Origin: a virus
IMG/VR virus record: IMGVR_UViG_3300040771_000271
Location: 85,236-129,922 of that record
Direction: 5' to 3' (one strand)
DNA: 44,687 nucleotides
This document shows, piece by piece, positions 9,781-21,154 of the stretch (position 1 is the stretch's first letter; every line of letters begins with the position of its first letter). The translations under genes were made by a program, and so were the position numbers. The notes under the pieces are model-generated. The model was not told the origin of the DNA and ran no database searches. It worked only from the letters and a program-made list of their open reading frames with translations.

Positions 9781-11742
9781 TTAATGGACATTTCCATAAG
9801 ATGTTGCAAACTCAGGTTCAGACTCAAATTTTATAGGTTGATTAAAGATTGCATTTACTTTATCCATACTCTCTTTAATAACTCTTCTTGCCCAGTCTTC
9901 TTGCCCTTCGTTAATATAAAAAGATAATTCATCATGTATGTTCATTATAGGTTTAACTCCTGCTTGAATTAAAAACCATAAAAAAGTATCAAACACACAA
10001 GCTCCAAAGTTTTGATTTACAGCAGAAAAACGGATATGATCTGAAGTTAGTAGTAACCAAAGTTTTGTAAAAGGAGAATAAATCCAAGTTCTACCATCAA
10101 CATCTTTTGTCTTTAAATCATTTGCAAATTTTTTAACACTCCAATTTAATTCCCAATAAGTGCTATGTAAAGCTTTTGCATCTTTTTCAGGTATGTCTGC
10201 TGACTCTGCAATCTTTTTGTAAGATGCGCCATAAGTCGCTGAATAATTTGTAGTTTTGGCTGAATGCCTAACTTTAGACAACCGTTTGAACTGTAACGAT
10301 AATTCTTCTTCTGAGTACAACTTAAATGACTCAGGTAAATCTGACTGTTTTTTATCTTTAGTTTTATACCACTTAAAAAACTCAATTTCATCGTCAGACA
10401 TGAAACCTCCTAATTTAGCAATACGCAAGTGGGCATCGTATCCTGGAGTATTTAAAGTTTGAACATAGTCTGGGTCGTAAGGAAATATACAACATTGCTT
10501 AGTTTTATCCTCTAAACTACTCAAATCCGCATTGACAAAAACCTTACCTTTTGGAGCGATTAATACAGCCCTAACTAAATCACCATATTGAGAACCATTA
10601 GAGGGCAAATTAACTATGGGTTTATTATGTTTTACACGAAAGGTTTTTGCCATACCTGACCAACCTGCTTTAACATAACCATTAGTATCTACAGTGTCTC
10701 TAAATGCCTTTAAATATCCAGCCCTATGTTGAGCAACTGAAAGTCCATCAAGAGCCTCTAATTCAGGTACAGTTTTAATTAGTAATTTAATACTAGAGCA
10801 TAACATTTTACTATCATCCCTTAACTGAGGAACTTTACCATTAGCTCCGTCTTTAAACAATTTAGGTTTCCAACCTTTTGAGAAAAGATAATCTTTCATT
10901 TGTTTAGTTGATTGGCAGTTTGGTTCAGACTCTGAAACTACTTCATTAATATCTCCAGAATAATCTTCAGGCAAGCTTAAATATTTAACCATATTTACCC
11001 ACTTTTCTCCAACTACTGAAAGTTGACCATTAGCTTTAAATAAAGTTTTTGGTTTTTTTCTTATAGCTATATTTTTTATTTTAGGAAGTATAGAGTTTAA
11101 TTCAATCTCTTTTTTACTTATAATATCTTCTAAGAATTCTAAATTTTTCTCACACATTTCTAGGTCAAGCTTTATCCTATTATTTTCTTGGATGTGTAGA
11201 AGTTCCATTTTAAAATTACATCTTGCAATGGGAGAATAAATTTCATCATCCGTTTCATATAACTCTCTAAGTAGGGTTAACTGTTTATCCCAAAGTATAC
11301 AGTTTATTTGAACGTCTCTTTCACATCTTTCTTTAGCTTTATCATAGGTAAGATTTTCCCACTCTTCCTCACTAATTTTAACCTTCTCATACCCAAATTC
11401 AACACCATAATCTTCAAGCCCATGCTTCAGTCTATCATTAAATAGATAGTGACTTAAAGCTAATGAGTCAATAATCTTTGCTCTAAAATTAATATTAGGA
11501 AACATTATCTTAAGAGCAGGTAAGTCATAGGCAATAAAAAAATGACCAACAACAGTATTGTTAGGATTTTCAAATATCTTAGCAATATCTTCTTCTCTAT
11601 TTGTAGATTTAATATTCCACTTACCATCAGATTTCCACCCAACAGACATTACATGTAAATCTTCCTTAGACTTTAACTTATCTAAAAGACCTCTAGTTTC
11701 AATATCAATTACAAAAGCTCCATCTAAATTAAACTTACTCAT
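9781..11742 (-). CDS. polA: Family A DNA polymerase with 3'-5' exonuclease domain (T7-like architecture)
   Basis: ExoI DIET, ExoII YDL, ExoIII CERD; motif A ADLSSLE, motif B R.SAKTTNYSATYG, motif C IHDEL. No 5'-3' exonuclease domain. Confidence 0.93.
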   Translation of the reverse strand: MSKFNLDGAFVIDIETRGLLDKLKSKEDLHVMSVGWKSDGKWNIKSTNREEDIAKIFENPNNTVVGHFFIAYDLPALKIMFPNINFRAKIIDSLALSHYLFNDRLKHGLEDYGVEFGYEKVKISEEEWENLTYDKAKERCERDVQINCILWDKQLTLLRELYETDDEIYSPIARCNFKMELLHIQENNRIKLDLEMCEKNLEFLEDIISKKEIELNSILPKIKNIAIRKKPKTLFKANGQLSVVGEKWVNMVKYLSLPEDYSGDINEVVSESEPNCQSTKQMKDYLFSKGWKPKLFKDGANGKVPQLRDDSKMLCSSIKLLIKTVPELEALDGLSVAQHRAGYLKAFRDTVDTNGYVKAGWSGMAKTFRVKHNKPIVNLPSNGSQYGDLVRAVLIAPKGKVFVNADLSSLEDKTKQCCIFPYDPDYVQTLNTPGYDAHLRIAKLGGFMSDDEIEFFKWYKTKDKKQSDLPESFKLYSEEELSLQFKRLSKVRHSAKTTNYSATYGASYKKIAESADIPEKDAKALHSTYWELNWSVKKFANDLKTKDVDGRTWIYSPFTKLWLLLTSDHIRFSAVNQNFGACVFDTFLWFLIQAGVKPIMNIHDELSFYINEGQEDWARRVIKESMDKVNAIFNQPIKFESEPEFATSYGNVH

Positions 11743-12227
11743 TTATAAATAATTTATTAAATTCAGAAACTTCTCTTATATATTTATTACCTGCTTTGTC
11801 AGAATAGTTTACCGCTGTAACCCAACCTCTATTTTCAGGGTGCTTAAAAGAACAGTAATAATTAAAAGTGTAGGTGTTGCCTTTATAAGTGTATCTTTCT
11901 GGTTTTTTATTAAAGATATCTGAAAAATACCAAATTACATTTAAAGTACTTAGTATTCCTATACTCAATCCAATTACATAGTCGTTCAAAGTGAATAAAC
12001 TAATAATCGAAAATATAAAACCTATAAAAAATAACATTACCTCTGTGTTTGTTGCCTTACTTTTCATTTATCAATTTATTTACTGTTAACATATTTCTTT
12101 TTATAATCAACTTTGGTGCACAATCACTTATTTCAGAACACTTTTCCAAGTAACAAGTACAGTTACCATTTTCGTTTAAGTTACATTCTTTTATCTCTTC
12201 CATCTGTTTTTATTTTTTTTGCTGAAA

Positions 12228-12917
12228 TTAAATCCAATTACTTGGCAGTTCTAAATTAAAATCTCTTTTTATATTTTTTATTGCGCCACAAGAAACAGCT
12301 TCAAAAAAGTCTATATGATTTTGACTTGAAGCCCCAACCATGCAATAACTTTTAATCTTAGGTAAATTCTTGTAATTTTTCTTAGAGTTTTCTAAATCTT
12401 CTTGGAACATCTTTCTATATTTCTCTAAACCTTTTATATTGATAGTCCATACTCCTCTACTTTCATCTATAAAAATATCCCACATCCAATCAATAATATT
12501 AATATCTTTAGGTTTATCCTTAAGTATATCATACATTAACCAAAAACATCCCCTATCGTCATCTAGGTATTTAGAATGAGTAATATACCAATAACTAGGT
12601 ATCACATACTCTGTTAAGTAAAAGGTAAATAACTCTCCGTATAGTTGACGTTTTACATATTCTTCCTTTGAGCATTCAGTTTCTAAGGTAAATATTTGAT
12701 GAACTACATCATGAAGCACAAATAGACTTTCTTCCATGTAACGCACATACTCATCTTTGTGATGTGGTTTATGACTTTTACCAATGTTTGTATAACCTGT
12801 CAACCATTTAGGATTCTGTTCTTCTGTAATTTCTATACCTGATTCTAATATAAATTTACCTATATTATCCCATTGTATTGTTTTAGGAAGCCACTCTTCT
12901 ATAAATTTTTCTAACAT
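12228..12917 (-). CDS. Hypothetical protein with HDVVHQ...GE possible metal-binding motif
   Basis: 229 aa ORF. The LHDVVHQ motif with a downstream GE is HExxH-like; function unknown. Confidence 0.55.
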   Translation of the reverse strand: MLEKFIEEWLPKTIQWDNIGKFILESGIEITEEQNPKWLTGYTNIGKSHKPHHKDEYVRYMEESLFVLHDVVHQIFTLETECSKEEYVKRQLYGELFTFYLTEYVIPSYWYITHSKYLDDDRGCFWLMYDILKDKPKDINIIDWMWDIFIDESRGVWTINIKGLEKYRKMFQEDLENSKKNYKNLPKIKSYCMVGASSQNHIDFFEAVSCGAIKNIKRDFNLELPSNWI

Positions 12918-12919
12918 AA

Positions 12920-14427
12920 TTAATTATTTTTATTAAAAGAACATCCCAATCTAAAAAATTTCTCATACTCCCATACATAAGGGAATTGTAACTCTTTTAA
13001 GAATTTTATAATTTCCTCGTATTTTCCCACTCTTTTAAACTCTCTTTTGTCACTATCGTTTAATAACCCCACTTTAAAATAATCTTTATAAACTTCATTA
13101 ACTAAAAATTTATCTGTGATATACATAGAAACTTTAAAACTATTAAATTTTATACATGCTATTTCTATATTTGACATACTTTTTACGAAAGCTCCCAACA
13201 AATAAAATTCAATTAGTTTAGGGCTTTCTATAGCATTTATAAACTCTTGACAAACATCTTCCCACTCTAGCTCATTATTCCTTAAAACTTCTTCATAGTT
13301 TAGTTTATATAACGTGTAAGCCATTGCGTTTAATATATCTTTATCTGTTATTTGTATAACATCCTTAAGAATTATTTGTGTCATTCTTCTACAAGTATTA
13401 AATCACTTTCCGCCAAAGGAAATAAACCACCAAAAATCTCTTCTCCTAATAAATCACCAACTTTAACACATTGAGAGATACGGTTATAATCTTCAGTTTT
13501 AATAAAAAATACTTCTCCTATATTTATAGTTTTAAACCTTACTTCTTTCATAGTTAAGTCTTTATAGTTTTAGATTTACAACACTTTTTACACCTATAAA
13601 CAAATTTTGTCATATGTGGCATTTTATCACTACTAGTTAAATACACATCTTTTTCTGTAAGCAATTCCCAATTATGCTCACATCTGTAAGACTTATTCTC
13701 AATCCATTTTTTAATTAATTCCCACATAATAATTTATTTTAAAAATATTTTAAAACTTTTACCCTCGTCTTGTAATTGTATTTCTCCCGTTATATCTCCT
13801 CTTTTAATGTAAGCTCTACCTTCTCCATTAGGTGTATGATCTATTATTTCTAATTTATCTACTTTAAAGTTTCTAGCATACTCCTCCATCCATTCAGCTA
13901 TCTTACTGTTAGTATCAGCATATACATCAAACTTATTGAAATGCTCTTCTTGCTTACTTTCTAGAAATTGTTTTGCTTTTTCTGTGTAGAGCTTTTCATT
14001 ATTTCTAGCATATTCAAATCCTGCTTTAAATAACTTTTCTTCATTAGCAAGAGTTAATCTTTGCATGTAAGCAGAACTTTGTATGGTTTCCACGTATTTA
14101 TTCCAAGCTGTTTTATAATCCATGAGTCTCATTTAATTCTTTTAACATATCTTTTTTCACATCTTCAGGCAACTTATTAAAGGCTTGCCTTATCAAACCA
14201 TTACTGTCATACTCTTTAACTCTATAATAAAACATATCTTCTAAGACCCTTTCTAGTTGAGTTAAGTATTCATCACTTATATCATAGCCAAATCTTTGAC
14301 TAAAATCTTTAGTGCCGTCCTCCTTTACTCCATAAATAGTTTCACTTATATGTTCTTCTATTCTTACGTTATCTGCTTCTACTTTTAAATAAGCAGAACC
14401 ATGATTTAATTTTAAACTTATCTCCAT
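12920..14427 (-). other. Hypothetical ORFs (12920-13384, 13734-14132, 14113-14427 and smaller)
   Basis: Packed minus-strand ORFs downstream of promoter copy 2. Confidence 0.6.
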
Positions 14428-14440
14428 AATTTTTTATTTT

Positions 14441-14490
14441 TTACAAATATATGTATTATCTTTTATTCCCGCAAGAAAAACTTAATAAAA
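14441..14490 (-). promoter_or_regulatory. Repeated strong promoter, copy 2
   Basis: Plus strand ttacaaatatatgtattatcttttattcccgcaagaaaaacttaataaaa. Confidence 0.75.
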
Positions 14491-14494
14491 AAGT

Positions 14495-15613
14495 TTAAAA
14501 CGGCTTATCATCTCCAAAAGCATCTTCCAAATAAAAGTTAGGAGTTACAGGTGGATAATTAAATACAGGTGTTGAAGTAAAGTTTGGAGTAGGTAAAGAT
14601 AAAGAATTATCCACAACAGATTGTTTCATTTTTTTAAGTTGATCCTCATTTAAATCTAAACGTTTAATAAATAAATCTTTCCAAGCATTATCTGACTCCC
14701 TAGTTTTTGTAACAAAAAAGAACAGATTCCCAACAGTAGAAAACGAAACTCTGTCATTTTTATCTTCTTCACCAAAAAACTCTGATAAATAGTCGTATCT
14801 ATTAATATTAACTTTTAAATATTGGTCAATAGACTGTTTAAAAGGGTTAGTTATAATCACAATGTAAGATGCTAATTGCTCCATAAAGGACGAACCAAAA
14901 AGTAAAGAATTGGTAGGTATCATATCGTTAGATTTAACTTTTATTATAGCATTGTGAGAACGATTTAATTGAGATAAAAGAATAAAATATATATTTTTGA
15001 ATTCTAATTTTAATAAGTTGACAAACTCAGAAATTCTTTCAAGAACAGACTGTTTATCAGAGCCTGAAAAAAGCAACAAGTGGTCAATTGAAAGAATTAT
15101 AGCGTCTTTTGAGGTATTTAGTAAGCAAAACTCTTTAGTCATTTTGTAAAATTCTTCTGGAGTTACAGGAGCTTGTACTACATATCTTCTGTTATCTTTT
15201 AAATTTTCATAATATTCTTTTACTTTTTTCGCTTCATCTTCATTAAAAGGTTCAAATAGAATATCTGATTTTTTCTTTCCTAGTAAAGTGTGAGTAGAAC
15301 GAAGTAATTTATTTAACATCCTCATCTCCATACTAAATTCTAGACTAACAAAATTATCAGCAAAAAAGTTAACTTCTTTACTCATTATTTTTTCAATCAT
15401 TCTATAAAGAGTTTCAGATTTACCTGAACTTGGAGCACCAGCTAATAAAACACAATCTCCTACTAATAACCCACCAATATGGCAGTCTATCATTTCTTCT
15501 CCTGTCTTTAGTATTAACTTCTCTTTTTTCTGTATTTTATTTAATTCACAAAAAGCTTCTGTAGCTGCATCTCCTACTTTTCTTATTCTATTATCTAAGG
15601 TAATTTCTTGCAT
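14495..15613 (-). CDS. DnaB-like (SF4) replicative helicase
   Basis: Walker A GAPSSGKS, FSMEM, Walker B SIDH, LSQLNR, GS..MEQ.A, K.R finger. Confidence 0.85.
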   Translation of the reverse strand: MQEITLDNRIRKVGDAATEAFCELNKIQKKEKLILKTGEEMIDCHIGGLLVGDCVLLAGAPSSGKSETLYRMIEKIMSKEVNFFADNFVSLEFSMEMRMLNKLLRSTHTLLGKKKSDILFEPFNEDEAKKVKEYYENLKDNRRYVVQAPVTPEEFYKMTKEFCLLNTSKDAIILSIDHLLLFSGSDKQSVLERISEFVNLLKLEFKNIYFILLSQLNRSHNAIIKVKSNDMIPTNSLLFGSSFMEQLASYIVIITNPFKQSIDQYLKVNINRYDYLSEFFGEEDKNDRVSFSTVGNLFFFVTKTRESDNAWKDLFIKRLDLNEDQLKKMKQSVVDNSLSLPTPNFTSTPVFNYPPVTPNFYLEDAFGDDKPF

Positions 15614-16204
15614 TTAGTTGTTGTTTATTCTTGTGAAAGCATCTTCAAAAAATTCTTTTCTTTTTTCATAATATTGAAACAGTCGGCTTTGATAAATGTC
15701 AAACTTAGTTTCAAATAAATTAGCCCCCTTAAAAAATAAAAATTCAAGTTTTTGACTGTATTCTATTTCTTTATCATCATTTATAAATGTTTGACAAAGA
15801 AAAGCTAGATGATTTTTACAAATACCTGAATTAGCCCTAAACTGAGCAATAAAATTTTTACATTTTCTTTTATTCCCAGCCTCTTTATCCATAGATTTAT
15901 ATACATTCTCCAACCAAGTAAACAGTTTAATATCATCTTCAGTTATACCTGCTGTAGTAATATCATCAATCCAATCATTACCTACAGAAGATAAACGAAC
16001 AGTATTATATTCATTTTCAGACTTGTTTTTAGCTTTTACAAATGTTATTAGGTTTGTCTCTTTAAACTTGCTTAGAATGTCTTTAAAGTAGTATTCTATT
16101 ATACCTGAATTATCTTCTGTTTTATTTGTTTTTGCCGCCAAAAGAAACATAAATTCATTTGGACTTATTCCTCTACCATTTAATAGTTTAAAATTTACAT
16201 GCAT
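15614..16204 (-). CDS. Hypothetical protein, possibly replication-associated
   Basis: 196 aa, abuts the helicase gene. The N-terminus could form a winged helix (inference only). Confidence 0.5.
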   Translation of the reverse strand: MHVNFKLLNGRGISPNEFMFLLAAKTNKTEDNSGIIEYYFKDILSKFKETNLITFVKAKNKSENEYNTVRLSSVGNDWIDDITTAGITEDDIKLFTWLENVYKSMDKEAGNKRKCKNFIAQFRANSGICKNHLAFLCQTFINDDKEIEYSQKLEFLFFKGANLFETKFDIYQSRLFQYYEKRKEFFEDAFTRINNN

Positions 16205-16818
16205 AGTTCTACTTGATTAATAATATGTTTACCCATATCAGGATGAACACAATTTCTTAATATTTGACCTGGACAATGATTCCCTTTATAATACAAATTT
16301 CCTTCATACTGAATACCTAACCAGTCTTTTAAATGTTGAGTTTCAGCAACTGTACCTTTAGTTATAAATCCTTTTATGTTTGGTAAATCAAAATCAGCTA
16401 TTTCAAAATTACTCCAAATATAATGTCTACCTAAAGTTTTTGTAGGTGGAATTAAGGGTTCGTAGTAAGGCTTTACGTTTTCTACAATCCACTTACCTTT
16501 AAAGAAGTGTTGTAAAAATATAATCTCTTGATACAGACTCATGTCAGAGTACCTTCTCTTTTTATGTCTAGTTGCTTTCATCATTTTACTATGAGTTTGG
16601 CAAGGAGGAGAACTCCAAATAATATCAAATTCATCATAATGGTCTAACAAGTATTGATGAGCATCTCCAACTATTAAAGTATCTTGAGGATACAATTTAA
16701 CATAGACTGATGCAATATTAGGTTCAAGTTCAACAGAAACTACTTCATATAATTCGTCATCCCATTTTTGCCTATTTCCACCTAATCCCGCATAAAGATT
16801 TAAAACTCGTTTTTTCAT
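16195..16818 (-). CDS. C5-cytosine DNA methyltransferase (short type)
   Basis: Motif I LYAGLGG, motif IV SPPCQ, motif VI ENV, motif X-like LRNCV. Confidence 0.88.
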   Translation of the reverse strand: MKKRVLNLYAGLGGNRQKWDDELYEVVSVELEPNIASVYVKLYPQDTLIVGDAHQYLLDHYDEFDIIWSSPPCQTHSKMMKATRHKKRRYSDMSLYQEIIFLQHFFKGKWIVENVKPYYEPLIPPTKTLGRHYIWSNFEIADFDLPNIKGFITKGTVAETQHLKDWLGIQYEGNLYYKGNHCPGQILRNCVHPDMGKHIINQVELCM

Positions 16819-17445
16819 ACCTTACCCTATTAATTCGTCAACATTAATATTCCAATTATCTAATATCTTTTGTATTTCAGAGAAACTTAATTCTATTCCA
16901 TCAAACAAATCGTTATTATTGTCTTGATTTTCAAATTTCTGTTCTAATTTCTTTTTAAGCCGATTTATTTCCCACAAAGCGGTAACTAAATGGTTGGAAG
17001 CTAAACAGCGTTTTAACTGTAAAGCATCATCTGGACTGTCATTATCAAAAATTAATTTAGTTTTCATGTTGTTGTTGCTTTTGTGATTAATTTTACTATT
17101 TCATCGTGTGCAGATTGGCTTATATTTTCCTGTTCTAAAATATCATTCAACATATCAAACATGTTTAGAGACTGTGAAATTAATACAGCGTTGGCTATCT
17201 CTTCTTCTTCATTGTCCCCACTTTGACCTCCAGAGCAATTAGCAATAGTAATTTCTCCACACTTAATATTTCTTAACGCTCTAGGGTTAATGCTCCAATT
17301 ACTTCTTTTACCTTTGAATTCTATTTTCATAACTTTTTATTTTTAAATACCCACCATTAACAGCTTTACTGAATTTTCATTCTTTATCGGGTCTTTCAAG
17401 GGTTCTGATGATGGGTTTTAAGATTTAACTTAGTACAACCCTTTT

Positions 17446-17703
17446 TTAGGTTAAATCTTCTTTATATAAAGGTTTTCCAGTAAAAGGGCAAAATTTTGCA
17501 TGCACCATCATTTCTTTATATTACTTAGAGTAGTTTTCACCTTTTTTAGTTCTATACATTGCGGGAATCATTAAATGACGACCCTCACTTCCAAAAAAGA
17601 AAGTTGATGCATTAAACCCAGCATCAGGATCATTGGTCTGTTCTTTTACTTGTTTTTCAATATCTTCAAGTGCAGTCCAATTTTCTAGTATTTTATTTTT
17701 CAT
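17446..17703 (-). pseudogene. Hypothetical gene with in-frame TAA
   Basis: MKNKILENW...GENYSK*YKEMMVHAKFCPFTGKPLYKEDLT*. The frame continues past TAA at 17521-17523 into a FCPFTGK motif. Confidence 0.55.
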
Positions 17704-18210
17704 ATTGTTTTTATTTTTTACAAATGTATAACTAATTCTCGCCGAAAACAAATAAAAAAGGAGAAACTTTTAAATCTCTCCTATTAAATAAGCAATAACT
17801 CTAAACACTAAGTAACACAACCCATATATAACCATGTAAGGTATAGATCCTAAAATAAAGTCTTTAAATTTCATAGCATATAATCTGTTATTTTTACAAG
17901 TTCTTCAGGTTTTGTATTTAAAAGGCTAATACCTTTTTGGTTAGTATATTTCTTCCAAAGTGTTACATCAAACTCTAAATTCTTGGGTAAAGCTTCTATT
18001 TCTATAACTATCCAATTTCCTAAAAAATCGTATTGTAGCCCTAATATAGGGTCGTAATAGTAATTCATAATTAAGGTTTTAATTTATAAAATAGTACATA
18101 TCCTTCAGAATGTGCACCTGCTGAAGCTATTGATATAATCTGACTAATTTGTATGTTACTGTGAACCCAATCAGTTAAATCGTTTGCGTATTTAAAATGT
18201 TTTGTGTCCA

Positions 18211-18618
18211 TTATAAAAACTGTTTAAGGTTAGGCTCTGAGAAATTTTTAGATTTTAGAATTTTACCTATTGCTTTTTTAGTGTCTAATACCCCATTTTC
18301 TCCATTGATTATAGGTAAACCATTATCATCTAATTTGCTCATATTTGAACGTTGAACTTCTTCAAAGCATTTTTCTATTATGTTCTGCATTCCATGTTCT
18401 AAAATAGTTCCACATAGAATATAGAGCTGATCTGTAAGTGCATCAGCTACTTCTAGTAAATCATTATTTTCAATAGCTTCTAAATATTCTTCATTCTCTT
18501 CCTTCATTAACTCAAAACGTAGATGAGCTGTGTCTTTGGTTATTAAAGTAGGGCTAGGCTCTATATTCTGACCAAAAGCACTTTGGAAAGTTGCAACTTG
18601 TGTTAATTGTTTTTGCAT
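18211..18618 (-). CDS. MazG-like / PRA-PH family NTP pyrophosphohydrolase
   Basis: LMKEENEEY...EVADALTD.LY...EVQRSNMSK...GKILKS.NF. Confidence 0.85.
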   Translation of the reverse strand: MQKQLTQVATFQSAFGQNIEPSPTLITKDTAHLRFELMKEENEEYLEAIENNDLLEVADALTDQLYILCGTILEHGMQNIIEKCFEEVQRSNMSKLDDNGLPIINGENGVLDTKKAIGKILKSKNFSEPNLKQFL

Positions 18619-18846
18619 TTTATTTAAAATTTTTTATTTTGTTAAAACTCTCTTGACTTAAAACTATATCTGCAGTTCTTATTCCCTCCCCTTTTAGAAT
18701 TTTCCAAGCGTATTTAATTCGGCGGAAAAGGGTTAAAGAAGGAAAATAATATTTAAAAACAGTCAAATAATATTCACTTTCATCTTCAAACTTATCTATT
18801 TTTAAAATCTCTCCTTGACATTCACATTGAATAAATAGTTCTTTTT

Positions 18847-19752
18847 TCATATTGCAATTTCTAATTTTTTTGTTAGTGCTTTAATATCTTCTAAATTAGT
18901 AAATTTAAAATCTTCAACTATATGAGAATAAAAATCTTTAGGTTCACAAATCAACTCTATTTTAGGCTGTAACTTTGTAGGCTTTCTTTTTAATACCTCT
19001 TTTGCCGAATCTAAATGTCTATCATATATGTGGCAGTTTTGAACTACATGTAACAATTTACCAACTTCATGTTTAATACCTGTTTTAAATGTCAAGTGGT
19101 TACAGACCATCATAGCAAACATTACGTATTGAGCAGGATTTATAGAACTTGTGACAGCTAAGTCCATTGACCTTTGCATTAAAGTTATATCAAGGTATCT
19201 TTTATTTACCTCAAACTTATCGTAATCTCTAACACTCCAAAACGTAAGTCCAGCACAAGGCTCTAAAGCTTTCGGGTCATCAATAACCTGTTGTTCTTGC
19301 CACAAACTAATTTTATGTCTTCTACCAAACGTATTTTCTTCTAAACCGTTTAACAGCTTATCAACTAACTTATAACGTTTTACTGTGTCTCCGTAAGTTT
19401 TACCTATAGTATTTATATAACTTTCCCTACCTATCCCCGAAGCACAGAACTTTTCTCTCCAACTAAAATCTTTCCACCAACTATAGATACTTGAGTGCAT
19501 TGCTTCTAAATAATTAACCTGTTTAATATAAATAGCTTCAATATCGTGAAAAGCCCCTTTTAAAGCAGTTGTTCTCAAAGTGTTAATAGGAAATTCTCCT
19601 TTACTAATATCGTATTGAAATACTTTTTGAGTTACAAACTTTGAATGTGCAGGCGTACCATCAGCCCAATGTGTTCTAGGATTTTTGTCCCACTGCCCTT
19701 CTTCAAGAATTTCATAAATTGTTTCCTTTAAGTATTTATCTGCTTTTATCAT
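18847..19752 (-). CDS. thyA: Thymidylate synthase
   Basis: RRH, catalytic PC, QRSMD, Asn in SINPAQY (dUMP-type), HIYDRH. Likely start is MIKADKY at 19752 (TAATG overlap). Confidence 0.9.
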   Translation of the reverse strand: MIKADKYLKETIYEILEEGQWDKNPRTHWADGTPAHSKFVTQKVFQYDISKGEFPINTLRTTALKGAFHDIEAIYIKQVNYLEAMHSSIYSWWKDFSWREKFCASGIGRESYINTIGKTYGDTVKRYKLVDKLLNGLEENTFGRRHKISLWQEQQVIDDPKALEPCAGLTFWSVRDYDKFEVNKRYLDITLMQRSMDLAVTSSINPAQYVMFAMMVCNHLTFKTGIKHEVGKLLHVVQNCHIYDRHLDSAKEVLKRKPTKLQPKIELICEPKDFYSHIVEDFKFTNLEDIKALTKKLEIAI

Positions 19753-21104
19753 TACTTTTTTATTAAGCCACAAATATAGTGACTAAGATTATCAATTATA
19801 TTTCCTTTCTTTGTTAAATCTAGATATTGTACTAAGAACAGATAAAAGTCTTCACTTACATTAAAATTCTCATCTATAATTATACAATTATCAAATTTAT
19901 CTGCTATAGCTTTTGAGCCTAATAATTTAGCTTTTTTAACTTCTACATCCAAATCAAAGTTGTAGTATTTTTTTATTTCCGCCGAAAAAGGACATATATA
20001 TTCTACATCTTCAACTATAATAGCAGGCTCAGCATAAGGTTCAGGAACAGACTCAACAGTCACTTTACTTGAATATGACCATACATGATCTCCTATATTA
20101 GACAGAGTTTTTCCAGCAATTTTACAACCTTTCATGCTTTTTATCTTATCCATTAACCATGAATAAGAATTAACTTGACCAAACTCTTCTTGAACTTCAA
20201 AAGCTATCTTATGTAATAAATCAGAAGCTGCAGCATAAGTCCCTCTATCAGATAAAAATTCATTTTCAGAAACTTTAAAATCAGAAGTAATAATTTGTCT
20301 TAAAAATTCTTCATTTGAAGAATACATTATAGCATTACAAACACTACCTTCAACTTCATATACATTAGACAAAATTCTTCTTTCATCTATAGTTCCTAAT
20401 TTAACATTAAAAGCAAATCTACTTACTTTTTTTCTGTCTTCATAAACTAAGATGTTTTGTTTATAGATTCTTAAATAACCTTCAGGGTTTTCTAAAATCT
20501 CAACTTTATCTGAAACTTTAAAAAGAGGCTCTTTTTCGTTAATGTATAGATGCCTATCTTGCCAAATATTATAAAAATCAGAGCCTTCTTCAAACTCTAA
20601 CTCTACTACAGTTCCATATTTAAAAGTTAAATCTTTTTCTAGGCTGTAGTAACCTGCTTCATCAATCATATTACTATAGATTTCCCTAAGTCCCATGTAC
20701 AACTCCCAGTCAATACCTAGGGCTGTACTGAACCCTGTTTCTATGATTTCAGTATCTAAGTCACCTCCACCTAAATCTTCACAATGAACACTAAAAAAAG
20801 ATTCTAGATTAACATCTTTATTAATTTGAATAAGCTCTTTCTCTTTACCTGTTTGTTCGCAACAAGCTACATATTTATTAAAGTTATAATAAGTCTTTCT
20901 TTCTCTATCAAAATTATCAGAGTAAGCAGAGTCTAAAACTTTAATTGACATGTCTACCTTATTTCGCAAAAATAAAGCTATGGCATGTTTTAATCCTGAA
21001 CAATATCTGCCTAATTTAGTTTCATCATAGGCTTTTTCACTTCCTCCCATAGACATTAAATCTATGTGTGATATTAAAGTGGGAGTATAAAAATATATTT
21101 TCAT
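19752..21104 (-). CDS. GHKL/HATPase-like ATP-binding protein with permuted motif order
   Basis: G-box-like KLGRYCSGLK.AIA near the N-terminus. N-box-like REIYSNMIDE at ~aa 140, then GTVV.L. Confidence 0.55.
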   Translation of the reverse strand: MKIYFYTPTLISHIDLMSMGGSEKAYDETKLGRYCSGLKHAIALFLRNKVDMSIKVLDSAYSDNFDRERKTYYNFNKYVACCEQTGKEKELIQINKDVNLESFFSVHCEDLGGGDLDTEIIETGFSTALGIDWELYMGLREIYSNMIDEAGYYSLEKDLTFKYGTVVELEFEEGSDFYNIWQDRHLYINEKEPLFKVSDKVEILENPEGYLRIYKQNILVYEDRKKVSRFAFNVKLGTIDERRILSNVYEVEGSVCNAIMYSSNEEFLRQIITSDFKVSENEFLSDRGTYAAASDLLHKIAFEVQEEFGQVNSYSWLMDKIKSMKGCKIAGKTLSNIGDHVWSYSSKVTVESVPEPYAEPAIIVEDVEYICPFSAEIKKYYNFDLDVEVKKAKLLGSKAIADKFDNCIIIDENFNVSEDFYLFLVQYLDLTKKGNIIDNLSHYICGLIKK

Positions 21105-21120
21105 ATTATTTAAATTTTAA

Positions 21121-21154
21121 AAAATTCCCCTAAGAAAATATTTCAAAGGGGAGT
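21121..21154 (-). terminator. Intrinsic terminator
   Basis: Minus strand ACTCCCCTTTGAAA...TTTCTTAGGGGAAT followed by a T run. Confidence 0.55.

Noticed and set aside
17398-17443. CTGATGA inside a hairpin, suggesting a hammerhead ribozyme
   Set aside because: No GAAA after the putative stem II (GTAC instead) and no third stem; at most a simple intergenic hairpin.
18847-19752. Base-modifying hydroxymethylase instead of ThyA
   Set aside because: It has the dUMP-specifying Asn, and no glycosyltransferase or other modification genes are nearby.
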